Source of the DNA: the human T2T-CHM13v2.0 reference genome, Homo sapiens | DNA length: 64,000 bases | Reading direction: 5' to 3' (one strand) | Assembly (NCBI RefSeq): GCF_009914755.1 | Contig: NC_060933.1 | In this document: positions 30,912-45,100 of the stretch, one piece after another | How the letters are laid out: each line of letters starts with the position of its first letter | Numbering within the stretch: position 1 is the first letter of the stretch | Notes under the pieces: model-generated | The model's input: only the letters and a program-made list of their open reading frames with translations | Database searches by the model: none | What the model was told of the DNA's origin: nothing | Made by a program: the position numbers and the translations under genes

Positions 30912-30938
30912 TGTGTGTGTGTGTGTGTGTGTGTGTGT
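30912..30938. repeat. (TG)n microsatellite
   Basis: About 13 units seen directly. Confidence 0.95.
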
Positions 30939-31033
30939 TTCCCACATGATGGTGATTTTAAATCTTTAGAAAAATTCCTTAAGTTCAAATGTGGAATTCG
31001 TAATGCTTTCCTATGCTTTTTGTCAAAAACAGA

Positions 31034-31570
31034 CTTTTAACAAACTTAAATAATTTTAGATTTGTAGAAAGGTTGCAGAGTTAGTACACAAAATTCCTGT
31101 TCTGTATATTCTTTACCCAGTCTCCGTTAATGCTAAAGTCTTAAATAACCACCTATATTTGCCAAACCTAAGAAATTTACATTCATAAGTTACTGTTTGT
31201 ACATTACTATTAGCTAAACTCCAAACTTGATACAAATTTCATTAGTTTTCCACTAAAATTCTTTTTCTCTTCCAGGATCCTACATTGTGTTTTATTATCA
31301 TTCTTCTTAGTTTCCTCCGGTTGTTGACAGTTCTACAGTCTCTCATTTTTTATGACTTTGGCACTTAGTGTTGAGGAGTACCGGACAGATATATTTTGTA
31401 GCATGTCACTCAATTTGAGTTTGTCTGATTTTTTTTCTTCTCATGATTAGACTAGGGTTATGGGTTTTTGGAAAAAAATCACAAAGATGAAATGCCCTTC
31501 TTTTTATAACATATCAGTGAGTAAACAATACTAAGATGAGTTCTCACTGGTAATGTTAACTTTGATAACT
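31034..31570 (-). mobile_element. Old L1M (MC/ME-like) 3' fragment
   Basis: ataattttagatttgtagaaaggttgca...tcatgattagactagggttatgggtttttgg...taatgttaactttgat. Confidence 0.7.
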
Positions 31571-32727
31571 CTCTCCACCATTTACAAAATACATTTTTTA
31601 AACATAGAATTCTCACATGTTAAGGTTACCAAGAGACCATCTAAAGACAGTAAGTAACTAGATTTCTAAAATTGCAGCATTTTAAAGCCCTGAACGGGCT
31701 TGTTCAATTGTTCTCAATCTTCTCAGCCCTAACATTTCTTTTTAATAATAACTATTTCCTATTCTTCCTTCATTCTTCAGAAGTGAAATTTATAGATGGT
31801 ATAATTTATCTGTACATGTAGTCATAGAAGAATCAATATAATGTCCTAATTTTAAATAAACGAGAAATTAAAGGAACATAATTTATAATAAAATAATTAT
31901 TTCAATATATAAGTGTTCAGACACAACAATTCCAGAAGCCATAGTGAAGTGGTCAGATGCTTACACCTAAATGAAGAACTTCCATGAATAAGACAGACAC
32001 AAATGCAGACAGATGTGAGGCTCAAATACAATGAGGAACATTGTCTTTGGTGAGTTGATTTTCCAAAATGTTGAACAACTCATGAGAAAGTTCCAAAGCA
32101 AACAAAATACCATCTCCCTTGATTTTCATGGTGGTTTCATTCCTGGAAAAATTCACAGCTCATTAAAAACATGCAAAAATTTGTGTATTTAAATGTAAAA
32201 TGGAGTTAGGCTCAGATAATTATAACCAGGTTTTTCACCTATGTGAATGTCTGCTGGGATAGCAGAAAGCTGTGTGGACAGAGAACAATGCTTCATTGTG
32301 GGAGTGTCCTGTGCACTGCAGGTTACACACACAGTCTGGGCTCTAACCTCTCAATGTCAATGATGCCCCTAATCAGGGAGGGCAAGCAAAAACAATCAGG
32401 GAGGGCAAAAAACAAAAAACAAAAAAACCAAAACAAAAACCTTGAATTTCCAAGGTAAAGTTTCCCAAAAAAAAGGTAAAGTTTTCAAAAAAAAACCCTT
32501 GAATTTCCAAGGTAAAGTTTCCAAAACATGGGGGCCATGCTGCCCATCAAGACCAGCACTGTTAGAGTTCAGGTCTAATCACTTCATCTCACAGTGAAGA
32601 ACTGGGCTCAGGTCCTAACAGCCAGCACTTTAGGGCAAACAGCCTGGAAGCCAGCACTTTAGGGAAAACAGCTCCTAACCTGCAGGATCTGGTGTTTGTT
32701 GAGCCCTCAAAAAGGGTTCTGGTAACC

Positions 32728-32768
32728 CTTGGATTGATGCAGAAATGTAGCTTAAATCATGCAATTCA

Positions 32769-32820
<52 letters not shown>

Positions 32821-32880
32821 CCAACACCACCATGCTTGGATTGATTTAGAAATGTAGGTTAAATCAGCAATTCATGTCAG

Positions 32881-32920
<40 letters not shown>

Positions 32921-32939
32921 CTAACACCACCACCACCAT
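32728..32939. repeat. Two copies of a ~107-bp unit, each containing a (CA)n microsatellite
   Basis: cttggattgat..agaaatgtag.ttaaatca.gcaattcat-(CA)n-ctac.aacaccacca begins at 32728 and again at 32835. Confidence 0.92.
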
Positions 32940-32959
32940 CATCAACAACATAATCATCA

Positions 32960-33545
32960 ACTCAGTTTCTACACAAAATCCTTCACTTCTTAGTTTTCCC
33001 AGTGAATTAGGAGAACATTCAAATCCTTACACTGGCCTAAAAGGCCCTGCACAACTTGGCCCTGGTCTGCCTTCTCCAGCTTTATTCCCTACCATTCTCT
33101 CCTTGCACATCACACTTCCACCCTGCTGGTCTTCTCAGTTACTGGCAGGAGGAGTACCCTCCCCTCTGTCTCAGGACTTTGCACTGGCTATTTCCCCTGC
33201 CTGGGCTCTTTTCCTACTCTTTCCCTCGCAAATTCCTCCTTATTCTGCATAGCTTGGCTTGAAAGTCACTTCCTCAGAGAGCCTTTCTCTGAGTCCCAAA
33301 TATGTCTCCTTGTTAGATGTTTTCATAGCACTCTGTATTCCTTCATCACATACTTAGCAGAGCTTATGATTAAGTATTTATTTGTGTAACTCTGGGTTTG
33401 ATATCTGATGCCTCTACTGGGCTGTGAGCTCCCAAGGAGGCAGGAGCTTCATCAGTTTTTCTCATTACTAATCCCCATTACGCAGGAGAGTGCCTGGAAC
33501 AGAGTTGTTTCCAAATATTTGCTGAATCCATGAATGAATGAATAA
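32960..33545 (+). mobile_element. L2 3' fragment
   Basis: Ends gtgcctggaac...aaatatttgctgaatccatgaatgaatg. Confidence 0.75.
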
Positions 33546-33688
33546 TTAGGTTAGCTGCCCAGAATGACTTTCAGGCTGGCTGGCAGGCTGACACAATGGG
33601 AGAAACACAATCATGGTTTTTCATGATGAGCAGCAGCATAATACCTTGGTTCTGTTTTGCTGTGAAGAGAGAGAGGCATGCTATTTGA

Positions 33689-34003
<315 letters not shown>

Positions 34004-35022
34004 ATTTTAAATGAACATAAATGGAGCAGAGAAGCCTAGAAGGCACCTGGGTATTTGAAGTAGTGAAGGCTCCTGCATCTACCTGGAGCTGGCTTCCCCG
34101 CTGGAAGAAACAACGGCTTTGCAAATTTTAGCTTTATAGGGCTCACCCTTACATGTACCCTACTTCATTTTTTCCTACTGTTACTACTAATAACACCTTA
34201 TCTCTAAGTAGCCTTTGACACTGTGCTGTTTGTTTCATTCTTTCCCAAATTTTGGTCTTTGGGTATCACTTTCATTAATTTGGCACATGACACATCACCA
34301 GTGCTATTATTTATTAACTTTTTTTTTCCTTGAATACATCCCACTCTGACACTGATGCACATTTTAGCTTCATCAAAAACAATAATATGCATGAATGTCT
34401 GATTATATTCATTTGGGCTTATCATATTCATTTGGAAAAAAAATGCTCTTTTTCTGGGCTGTGTTCTTGTGTGAGAGGAACACCAAGGACAACCTCCTTT
34501 CTGTCCTCAAACTGTTAAGAATATACCAAAGAACAGACAGTTTGAGTAACTTGCCCAAGGTCGCAGGGTTAGTAGAGATGACAGAACTGAGATTCAGTGT
34601 CTGGCTTCTGCCTCTGTCCTGGACTGTTCCTGTCACACTAACTCAAACCATTCTTAACTGAGTTCTCTACCCACACCAGGCACTCCATAACTATAAACTG
34701 TGGTTGGACTAATGATGGCTTCCAAAAGCAAACTCTTCTTCATGCTTTTTCTCTGAGTACATTATATTCTGTGCAATGCTGCTGGCATCTTGGGACAGTA
34801 GCTGCCTCTTTCCAACTTGTAATTTTCTGACCCATCTATGAGCCATGTCTCATTTGTATTACCAGGATGCCCCCTGTTTTCATGATGAATGCCATTTTGA
34901 CATACTTGTAGAGACAGGTGAATCTCCTCATGGGCGGTACAATGTAGTTTTCATGGATATCTAATTTATCCATGATGGGTGATTTTGAGACTATCCAAGG
35001 TATCACCATATCAGTGTCATAG

Positions 35023-35619
<597 letters not shown>

Positions 35620-37606
35620 GCTGCTATAGATCTTAAACTCCAATCACACTGGCATTTTTTTTGATCCTAGTTGAAAGCATCCAGACCATTCCTACCACAT
35701 GGCTTTTTGCCCTTGCTGTTCTCTCTGTCTGGAATGTTCCTTCCCCAGCTCTTTTCATGCCTATTTCCATTATTCACATTTCAGCTCAACGTTATCTCTT
35801 CAAGCCCTTTCGCTGACCATTCTCTATAAAATTGTGTGCCCAAGTCCTTGCCGCAGTGACTCTTGATCCTGCTAGTTGGACTTATTTTCTCCCTGGCAGT
35901 TATGACCACCCCAAAGTATGCTGTTTATTTGTTGACTTACTGTTTCCACCGAACCCCACAGTAGATGTAACTGCTATGAAGTACATGCCAAGGCCTCTCT
36001 TGTTTACTGCTTTCTCTTTGCAATAAGTGGTTGCTAAGTAAATATATGCATGATGTGGTCCAGGCACTGCAGTGAGGTATAGGGGAAAGTGCAAGGCTCT
36101 GGATTCCGATGGAAGCAGCCTTCTGTTCTAATGCAGAAGTTAAGAGCGTGGGTCTAGAAGTCAGATGGGCCTGGATTCCAATTCAGCCTCTGCCACTTTC
36201 TGGCTGTGTGCCTTCAACAAGTTCTTTAACCTCTGTTCTTCATGTAGATCACTAGTAAATCAGCACTAATGAGTCAGAGTGTATCATGTGCCTGGCCTGG
36301 TGCCAGCCACTGTAATAGCCTCTCAACAAATGTTAATTGACTTCCCTTTCCCTAGAAATGTCAGAAGAAACCCATGAAACCCAAGACATAGCTTTTGTAA
36401 CACACTTGGTAGTTAATAGAGAATTCAGGCATCCCTGTATTCAATATAATCTGCTTAAGTACGACTGCCATACATTTTGCAAAAAGCAGTGACATTTTCA
36501 GCAGTTGGCTATCTTATGTAGACTCCTGATAGGGTTGATAATCTTAAATCCACAGGAAAGAATCCAGTCTTTTAGTGCATGACCTGTTTGATAGTGGTGT
36601 CCCCCGCCCTGTATATTCAATTACTTGCTGTAGAATAGAACCGCATGCACCATATATAGTTCCTTCGGTGCTTGAACATTATGTTCCTCAGGTGGCACGA
36701 GTGACTTTGAAGTACTTGTCAGCAACCGGCTTTCTTGTAACAGTACTGTAACCATTCAGTTCATAGTGACATTTTACTTCTGAAGCTCTTGTTCAGAATA
36801 TTAAAAAGGGCACATAGCAGACTTCATCCCTTTGCTTCAAGGCCTGTGATTCTGTAAAGCTAGCCCATCAACTCAGGAGAGAGTCACTGGCCCCAGTGAA
36901 TGTTTAAAACTGTTTTCAATTTGGTTCAGTGGTGTTAAGTTGATCAGTAAATATAACTATTGAATCTTATCATGGGGGGTTTGATTCCCCTTTGCGCTTT
37001 ATCACAAATGGTGAGCTGGATTGATTGAACTGAACTATTTTGCCAGGATGTCTGAGATCACTCAGACCACTTTCTTTGTGAGTGCGTCATGGTGCTTTTG
37101 TATCCAAAAAAAAAAAAAAAAAAAAAGACTGGTGTCTCTCTTAGATGCAAACTTGAGAAGGGAGGTGTTGAAGTTTGCTAGACTCCACCTGGATTAGCAA
37201 AATATTTGTAAATTCTAAATCATAGGTTAAGGCCTCTGGGTTCTTCTTGTTCTTCATAGCAATGATAGCTTATTATGTCCAAAACTGGTGCCCAAGGGCA
37301 TGGGACAAGATCTACTGGTGTTTGCCAAAAGGAGTCCTTCACGTTGACTGTTCAGACACCCTAAGTGCCCGATGTCCTAACTTGGTCTTTGGTCTGAAGA
37401 CAGAGTGAGCAGAGCAGAGGGAGATGTCGTGAAACCCTGTAAGGGATGATCAATGGGGACCTGCAGCACTCTCTGCCTGGCTTTAGTTTGTGAGGACTTG
37501 GGGCCCCTTCAGATCTGTCCTTTAGGACTTCTTACAAGTTGAGGCAACTACATTGTGTCATCTCTTTCAGAAGCAATCAGGAGTTGAATTTTGGGTTCTG
37601 ATAGGC

Positions 37607-37832
37607 CAGGTTTTCTCAATCTCAGCACATTGACATTTTGGGTGGGATAATTCTTTGTCTGGAGAAGATGTCCTGTGCATCAGGGGATGTTAGGCAGCAT
37701 TCCTGGCCTCTACTGCTAGATGTTAGTAGCGCCCCCTGGGTTGTGACAACCAAAATACTTTCAGGGAGTGCCAAATGTCTCTTTGCTGGGTGGTGGTTAG
37801 GGGGTGCAACTGCCCCTGGTTGAGAACCAGTG
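37607..37832. mobile_element. MER20 (hAT-Charlie)
   Basis: ttctcaatctcagcacattgacattttggg...gttgtgacaaccaaaa...cccctggttgagaaccagtg. Confidence 0.88.
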
Positions 37833-37955
37833 AGATAGACCTTGACTATGAGAGATTATCTTGTGATCATAAGTAAGCATGTTTGAGAGTACTCAGCTCC
37901 TCTGGGCTGTCCTTGGGCCTTTCAGACCTTTGAGTTTCCTGGAGAATAGATTTTT

Positions 37956-38268
37956 ATTTTTAGTTTTTTAGAGATGGAGTCTCGCTATGTTGCCCAGGCT
38001 GGAGTGCAGTTGCTATTCACAGGCGTGATCCCACGACCCATCAGCATGGGAGTTTTGGTCTGTTCCATTTCTAACCTGGACCACTTCACCCCTCCTTAGG
38101 CAACCTGCTGGTCCCTCCCTCCCAGGAGGTCACTACATTGATGCTAAACTTATTGTGGATGCCTGATCGACACAGCACACTATAACCCAGAACTCCTGGG
38201 CTCAAGTGGTCCTCCTGCCTTAACCTCACGAGTAGCTGTGACTACAGGTGTGCACCACCGTGCCCAGT
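37956..38268 (-). pseudogene. Full-length 7SL (SRP RNA) processed pseudogene
   Basis: The reverse complement aligns to 7SL over about 299 nt, including the non-Alu S domain (AGGTTGCCTAAGGAGGGGTGAA..., CAAAACTCCC..., GGGATC.CGCCTGTGAATAGC). It has an A-rich tail and TSD GAATAGATTTTT at 37944-37955 and 38271-38282. Confidence 0.93.
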
Positions 38269-40685
38269 GGGAATAGATTTTTTGATTTGGATGAACTAAT
38301 GATAAGAAAAAAGTGAGAAAGGGTAGTATATAAATGCATTCATTCCTCTCCTCTCTTCCTTTCTCTCCTCTGTCTCTGTTAGTTTTCCAGAAGGGGAGAG
38401 ATGGGGTTTGGAGGAGGAGAAACCTAGCTGAACTGAAAAAGCTGCAGCTAGGAAGCCCGTGCCCGCAGACTGAACTGAGGAACCTGAGGCTTGTAGAACT
38501 TCAGGTGATCCTGATATTCAAGTTCAGGCATCAGCAATTTACTGCAGGCAGCGTAGAAGACAGTGTTTGGAGGCAAACTGGGCATCTGCCAGGACCCTTG
38601 ACAAAACTGCCATGTAGGCAAAGCCGTTTTGCCACCATGTGTCTTTGTGAAGCCTCCCCACACCCTGTCTCACTTTTCTTGCCCTCCAGACACTCAGTTG
38701 CCTCATGCTGGCTTCTGGCTGCTCAGGGTCCACCTCACGCATGCTGAGCCATCAGCTTCCACGTCACCTGCCCCCATTTCAACGCCCCTTCCCTGAATGC
38801 TGATTTCAGCTATTTTGGGGGTTGAGAGGAGCGATTCACATACTTCACATTAAGGCGAGAAGAGTCAGCAGGTTTAACCTGTTCAGGGAATGTTTTGACT
38901 CTTAAAAGAGAAGGTTGTTGCTCCTGTTTTAGAAGATATTTTGGAACAAAGGGCTTTTTTATGGCTTATCTAATTTCCCTGAAATGAGCATTATGGTTGC
39001 ATATTTTCTAGCCATGATCTCCCCACTCTTCAGTGACACCTATGCATCCCATAAACTGAAGCTATACTTAAAAAGGGGCTCCACACAAGGCGACCTGCGA
39101 ATTTCCAACAAGATCCAAATCCCTTAGCCTGACATATAAAGCCCTTTACAGCAATCTGCCTTACTAACCTCTTCTCCATTAATTCACTCAAGTAATGGTG
39201 GAAAAGATGAATACAGACCCTGGCCCCAACCCATCCCCAACCCCCACAATGCATAGAATCCAATAAGGGATACACACAAGAAATCAGACAAAAACAATAT
39301 GGTGTCCACATCAACCCAGTGTAGATACAGAGGGCTTGGGAGTACCTCGGACACAGAACTAACCTAGAGGCTAGTTCCAGGCTGGCCCAGGGAGGACACC
39401 TCATATCTCCGTTCTCTCTGGCCCCCATATGCCCACACCAGGCATGCTCTGTCATGCCTCTGGTTTTGTACATAACAGTCCCTCTGTTTAGAATGCCCTG
39501 TCATTATCTGTCTGAAAAACTCTTAATATCCTTTGTGATCCAGCTTAACTGTTACCTCCAGGAGACTTTCTCAGAGTGCATCTGGCCCGCCCTCCCTTTT
39601 CTCTTCCCCTTTTCCTACTGCTAAACTGTGTTCTTTCCTTTGAGCTAAGTCCTTACACAACACCTCTATGAAAATATATATCACGCTGATTTGTAATGTG
39701 TGTTTAGCTGTCAGTCTTCTTCAGCAACTTCCTTCAAAACTGAGGCAACAAAGTATGTCTTTTTAACTCCCATCTCGTGGCACAGAGCCTGGCACTTGAA
39801 GTGCTTAGTAAATGTCATTGAATGAATGAACCCATTCAAACTAGAATCTGGAAAATATTATAGCAGGATGTCTCCTTTATTCCTTTGTGTATTAGATTAT
39901 GAGATATATACACAGAAGAGTCCATAAAACATATATGTCCAGTGTAAAATGAAAGCCCACGTAACCACAGCCTGGGCCAAGAAATAGCCCCTCTATCCTT
40001 AACTCACCAGTGGGTGTCATCTCCCTGAATTGAGTGTGTCACTAAGTTGAAGACTCAACATCCTGCATTTGACCTGAAGTTATTGGGGTCTTTTTCCAAG
40101 CAAGCACTCATCTTGAACCTTAGGCCTGATGTTCTAGATATCAAATATTTGGCTGAAAGCCAAGCAATTCAGTCAAACATCACTTGACAGACGTGGTCTG
40201 ATATCTAGCCGCAGGAAGCGACTCGCTCCACTGGACAGTATCTTGCAAAAGATCTTGAGCATCTTCCTTTCCCTTACATATTGAGGTTGCAGGCTTATTT
40301 GGACTCTGTCACATCTGAGGAAAGGCAACTAATGTGTGAGCCTTGCTGGGATCATCTGCTAATAGTTAGCCTGTGTGGAGATCAGTCTATTTGTTGGTTG
40401 CTGTTAATACAGATCAATTAAAATCTTGCCACGTTATTCAGAAGGGGTGTACTCTGCTCTGCTTTGAGTGGAAATCAACCATCTGCCTTGCTGTGTTTGG
40501 TCAGAACACTGAGCCTTTGGAAAGGCCATAGTTACAGGATGCATGGCAACCACCGCCGGCATGGTGAGGCTCAGAGCTGGTGGGGCTGTCTGCATGGGCC
40601 TCAACTGGTCCTGCTGCTGGGCTCACACAGCTCTCTCTTCCTTCCTCTGCTGCCCTCAACAATCAAGGGCCAGCAGGTGGGCCAG

Positions 40686-40800
40686 TCTCCCTCCCTCCCT
40701 TCCTCCTTCCCTCCCTTCTTCATTCCTTCCCTCCTTCCCTCCCTTTTTTCCTTGTCTTTTCTTCCTTCCTTCTCTCCCTCTTTTTCTCCCTCCCTTCCTT
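40686..40800. repeat. Polypyrimidine low-complexity tract (CCTT/CCCT-rich)
   Basis: About 115 nt that are almost purely C/T on the + strand. Confidence 0.9.
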
Positions 40801-40974
40801 ATAGCTGCCTAATCTCTGCACATATACTACAATCATGACTTTTTCAATAGATATTTCTTGAATGCAGCTGGAATTTTCTTCTTGAAAACAAAGTTAGCTA
40901 GCTACTTTCAGGAACTTAACTCTAGAATCCCCTTTGAGTCCACTTTCCTTTCTCACTCCTCCCCGCCTCCACCC

Positions 40975-41007
<33 letters not shown>
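40975..41007. repeat. (TG)n microsatellite
   Basis: Seen directly. Confidence 0.95.
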
Positions 41008-41356
41008 CATGAATCCATGATCACTACATTTAATTTAATCCACATTTTAAATTCCTTTATAACAAACATAGCTTCTTTTCATCATCTTCACTGACATTTC
41101 TGACACTTCAGCTTTTCTAGTTTCTTTATATGTAGTCCCTGAAATCTTTTTGTTTGCTTGATTGATTGTTTAAAGCAGATAACAACATCACTCTCTATCC
41201 TCTGCTTCAAGGAGTTTAATTCATGCATCAACTATTTTCTGAGCACCTACATTGTGTGAGACATAGTTTGAGGTATTGGAGATACTGCAGTGAACAAGAA
41301 AGATGTGGGTCCCTGCTCTCACAGAGCTGGCATTCTAAAGGATTTTTATATTCTAG

Positions 41357-41582
41357 AACAGTGCTATCTAATTCAGTGGCCACTAGCAACATGCAGCTAT
41401 TTAAATTAAAATCTCAGTTAATTAAAAAGAAAAAAATTAAAAATTTAGTTTATTATTTATACTAGCCACATTTCAAGCACTCAGTAGCCATATGTGACGA
41501 GCAGCTATGGTATTGGACAATATAGATCTAGATGAGTACCATCACCCATCACAGTAGATTCTACTGTACAGGGCTATTCTGA
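41357..41582. mobile_element. MER3/MER33-like hAT-Charlie element
   Basis: gtggccactagcaacatgcagctattt...ctagccacatttcaagcactcagtagcca. Confidence 0.7.
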
Positions 41583-42845
41583 AGAATTTCCAGACTTACC
41601 ACCATTCTGGGAGTCTAAGAGATCCCTGTGGCCACACTGTGAGATGATTTATGATGACACCAGGTTACAATTACTTCATATATAATCTTTCTTTGAAACA
41701 TGTGGGTTATGTCTAGGATGCGTGGAACCTATGTGTTTATTTTTATTTTGGGTATCCTGTTTTTACTTACAAGATGGTTAAATTAGTGTGGTGGAATAGT
41801 ATGTAGAAGTACTCACTTCTCTTCCTATATTTCAAGCAGGTACTGGCTTGGTACCCCCCACCCCAGGGAACGGAAGGTTGCAGCACAGAATCCAGAAATA
41901 GCCCTTGAGTTTCTCTGGCTGCTTTTGTGGTCCAAATGTACAAGCTCTCAGGGACCTTAGAGTGTTTTCAGAAGGGGCAACAGAAGGGAGGATTTGGGGA
42001 ATAGATAAAAATGTCTTGGCAGAAGCAGGGCTGGAGGAGAGAAAAAAGAAATGTGAGTCTGCACATACACGTGAGAGTGTATGAGAGTGAACGCTACACT
42101 TCATAGCTTGCGCATGCTTTGCGGGCTCAGGCTACATGGTGTTTCTGGAGTTCCACTGGGAGTGGCCAGGTTACCTATGACTTATAGTCATGATAGAGTA
42201 GAAAAAGCATGGTCTTTGAAGTCATGCAAACATAGGGTGAAACAAAAGTGCTCTGTTAAAGGCAGAATTACAACAGAGGCTGAAAATGGTCAAGATGGAA
42301 CAAGCGCTAAATTTAATTATAGGCAAGGTATTAGCAAGTCTGGAAAAGGTTAAAGAAAAGTGGAATATTCCAAGGTTATATCAAGAGTTCACCTTTGTGG
42401 AAGGTGATGAATGATGCTTCTCTAGCATCACAAGCCATTGCCAATTTCAAAAGGAGAGCCTCCTTTGAGATGGAGAATCCTCTAGCCATTTGGGGAGGTT
42501 CCTCTTCAGGATCTAGTTACTCTTCTCTATTACACAAAGTCTCCAGTTCTATCCTTTTAGGGCTAGGTATCATTAGCTTCATCTGATCTCTTATACTACT
42601 AGAGTTCCAGTCTTTAGCTGTCTTAAAACTCTGGCTAAGTTACTCTCACCGTACTTCTTTCTATCATCTCCTATTCCTACAATGCAAGCTCCTCCAGCCA
42701 CCCACCTTCCCCTGGGCTATTGTCTTCATATGATGCTAGGCTTTCTGCCCCTGAACTCTCATCGCTGTTCCCTTTTTCTCCTTTTCCCCTGAGTCTTCCA
42801 GAACCCAATTATCACTGAATACAAACTCCTCTGCTTTCTTGTACC

Positions 42846-42987
42846 TTTTTTTTGAGACAGGGTCTTGCTCTGTTGCCCAGGCTAGAGTGCAGTGGCGCAA
42901 TAATGTGTCACTGGAGTTTTGAACTCCTGATCTGAAATGATCCTCCTGCCTCAGCCTCCCGAAATGCATGAGCCACTGTGCCTGGCC
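42846..42987 (-). mobile_element. Alu monomer (FLAM/FRAM-like)
   Basis: Single arm of about 140 nt with a short poly-T run. Confidence 0.8.
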
Positions 42988-43199
42988 TTCTTTCTCATAT
43001 TTTTATGAGTCCACTTCCCCATTTTCTTGCCTTAATTAAAATCCATCTTGCAGGAAGACACCACCTCTCTGTTACCTTTTCAAGTAGAAGTTGCACATTT
43101 TTCTACATTGTGGTTCCGAGGCAATGTCTGCATTTTTATTGATATTCTTTGCCTTTTCCAAACCACTGTTTTTCACTCTTGTGCAAAAAACCCTTTCTT

Positions 43200-45100
43200 T
43201 TTTGAGTTTCAGGTCATCCTGATCAAAGTCTTCCCATTCACACCTTCTCCTGTCATTATTGTGAACAACTTCAATATCTGTATTGATAAACACAGAAGAA
43301 TCTAGCTTCAAGATACTTGACCTCAACTCCAGCATGTTCTAGAACCCATCCTCATAGCTACCCCTGGACCTTATCATTATTCTAAACTGCTTCACCTCTT
43401 AATTCTGAACACCAATTTACTATTGCCTGACCACAACATCGTATAATCACGGCCTTCAGGACCTTTAGTCAATGTAATTGCTTCTCAGGCTAGAAACCTA
43501 GTCCTTTGATTATTCCTTTTTCCTCTGGGGTTTTCACCAACTTTATACCTTTCTTTTCCCTTCATCTTACACCTCACAATGTATAACTTCAAAAACCCTT
43601 GCAAACATCTTTAATAACCCTAGTCCCTGTTCCCTCTCTGCCATGTGGGCACAGCAAAGCCTCAATCTTGGATTAATCCAGCCATTTGTCTTTCCTGTAC
43701 TATATCTGGGGTGCAGAGTCATGACTGGGGAAACACACAACTTATCTATGCAAATAGGTGGCCCAGAGCAATCCTGTGATATGTACCAAGTCAGTGACAT
43801 CTGCCACTTTCCTAGTGGTGATTATAAGACATCACTCTTCTCAGAGCTCTACTGCATTGTGCTTTCTCTGCCCCTCCTGCCCCGCTGATACATATACAGC
43901 ATTTCTCTCCCTCTTGCCTAGTAAATGCTTTGTCCTGTTGCTGATTTACTCTTACATCACTGCAATTGGTTTTTGCGCTTGCACTGAAATAAAAATGTCC
44001 TGGCAAAAGTCACCAGTGACTTCCTGAAGGACTAACTGAATGGACGTCTATAAATATTCACCCAGTTGGACTTTTCTCTTGCATTTGACACCGTTGACCA
44101 CTCAGTATTCCTCTCTGGCCTTCTCTTCTCTTTCTACTTGTGCCCGCTGGTAAGCTCACCCATCATGGCATTAACCATCACGGTGGTTGATCCCTAAATC
44201 TCTATCTCCTGTCCAGCTTCTACTAAGCTCCAGAGTTCTATGTGCAAAATAGCCTTCTTCATGGTTTTCCTGGAATTCCCATAGAAACCTCAAACTCAAT
44301 TCAATCCTGACAGAAAAAGTCCCCATACCCCCATAGTTCCTTGTCCCAGATTCTCTATCTCAGTGAATGACATCACCCTTTAGACTAAGCCAGAAACCTT
44401 GGCGTAATCTCCAGCTCCTCTGTTTTAAATCCCCATCCACTTTTCCCACTATCACCCTCTGCACCATCTGATTTCTTTCCAGGTTCTTTTGATTGTACCT
44501 TCCTAAAATCTCATCCTGCCTGTTTCCTCCATTCCAGCTGCTGCTGCATTAGAAATTTCCTCTCACCTCTCACTTCCCACCTCTACCCCTCTTATGGACT
44601 TTCCACATTTTTGCTTGGGAGCTCTGATTAAAACATACATCTTGATCATGGTACTATTCTGAGCATGGAGTGTAAGTCCTCCAGGATCTGTACCCCGTCT
44701 GTCTCCTCAGACCCTTCCGTCCTACTTCCTATCTCTTGCCTCTTACTCTACCATCAGCCATACTAAATATCCACTGCTCCTGGAACTTTTCATACTAATT
44801 CGCAGTTTGGAAGGCCATTCTTCTCTCCTTACACCTCCTGCTCTCATCTTCCTGAAACATCAGCTCATATCGAGCGGCTCAGCTCAACCCTCCCTTTCTC
44901 TGCAAGGTCTCATCTCCCACCCCAGGTAGAACTGGCTACCTTCTTTGGCTCCATCTCTACACATGTATCGTCAATGGCAGCTTGCCTTTCCTGGACTGTA
45001 AGCTCCTTGAAGACAAAGCCTCCGTCACATGTATCTCTGTGCTCTGGTTCCCAGCTCACAGTACAAACAAAATAAATATTCATTGACTGAAGAAAGAATT
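43200..45100 (+). mobile_element. Long degenerate L2 (ORF2 remnants through 3' end)
   Basis: Decayed endonuclease-like (attattgtgaacaacttcaatatc, resembling GDFNI) and RT-like (gcatttgacaccgttgaccac, AFDTVDH) motifs, plus a 3' end aataaatattcattgactgaa. Confidence 0.7.

Noticed and set aside
32371-32672. Repeat-spacer pattern superficially like a CRISPR array
   Set aside because: Each repeat occurs only 2-3 times with different units, the context is a eukaryotic intron, and there are no cas genes.
36922-36990. tRNA-like A/B-box resemblance (TGGTTCAGTGG...GGTTTGATTCCCC)
   Set aside because: I could not build a cloverleaf. At most it is a decayed tRNA-derived SINE head.
37106-37126. Isolated A21 run suggesting a processed pseudogene tail
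   Set aside because: No upstream AATAAA, no TSD and no recognisable parent sequence.
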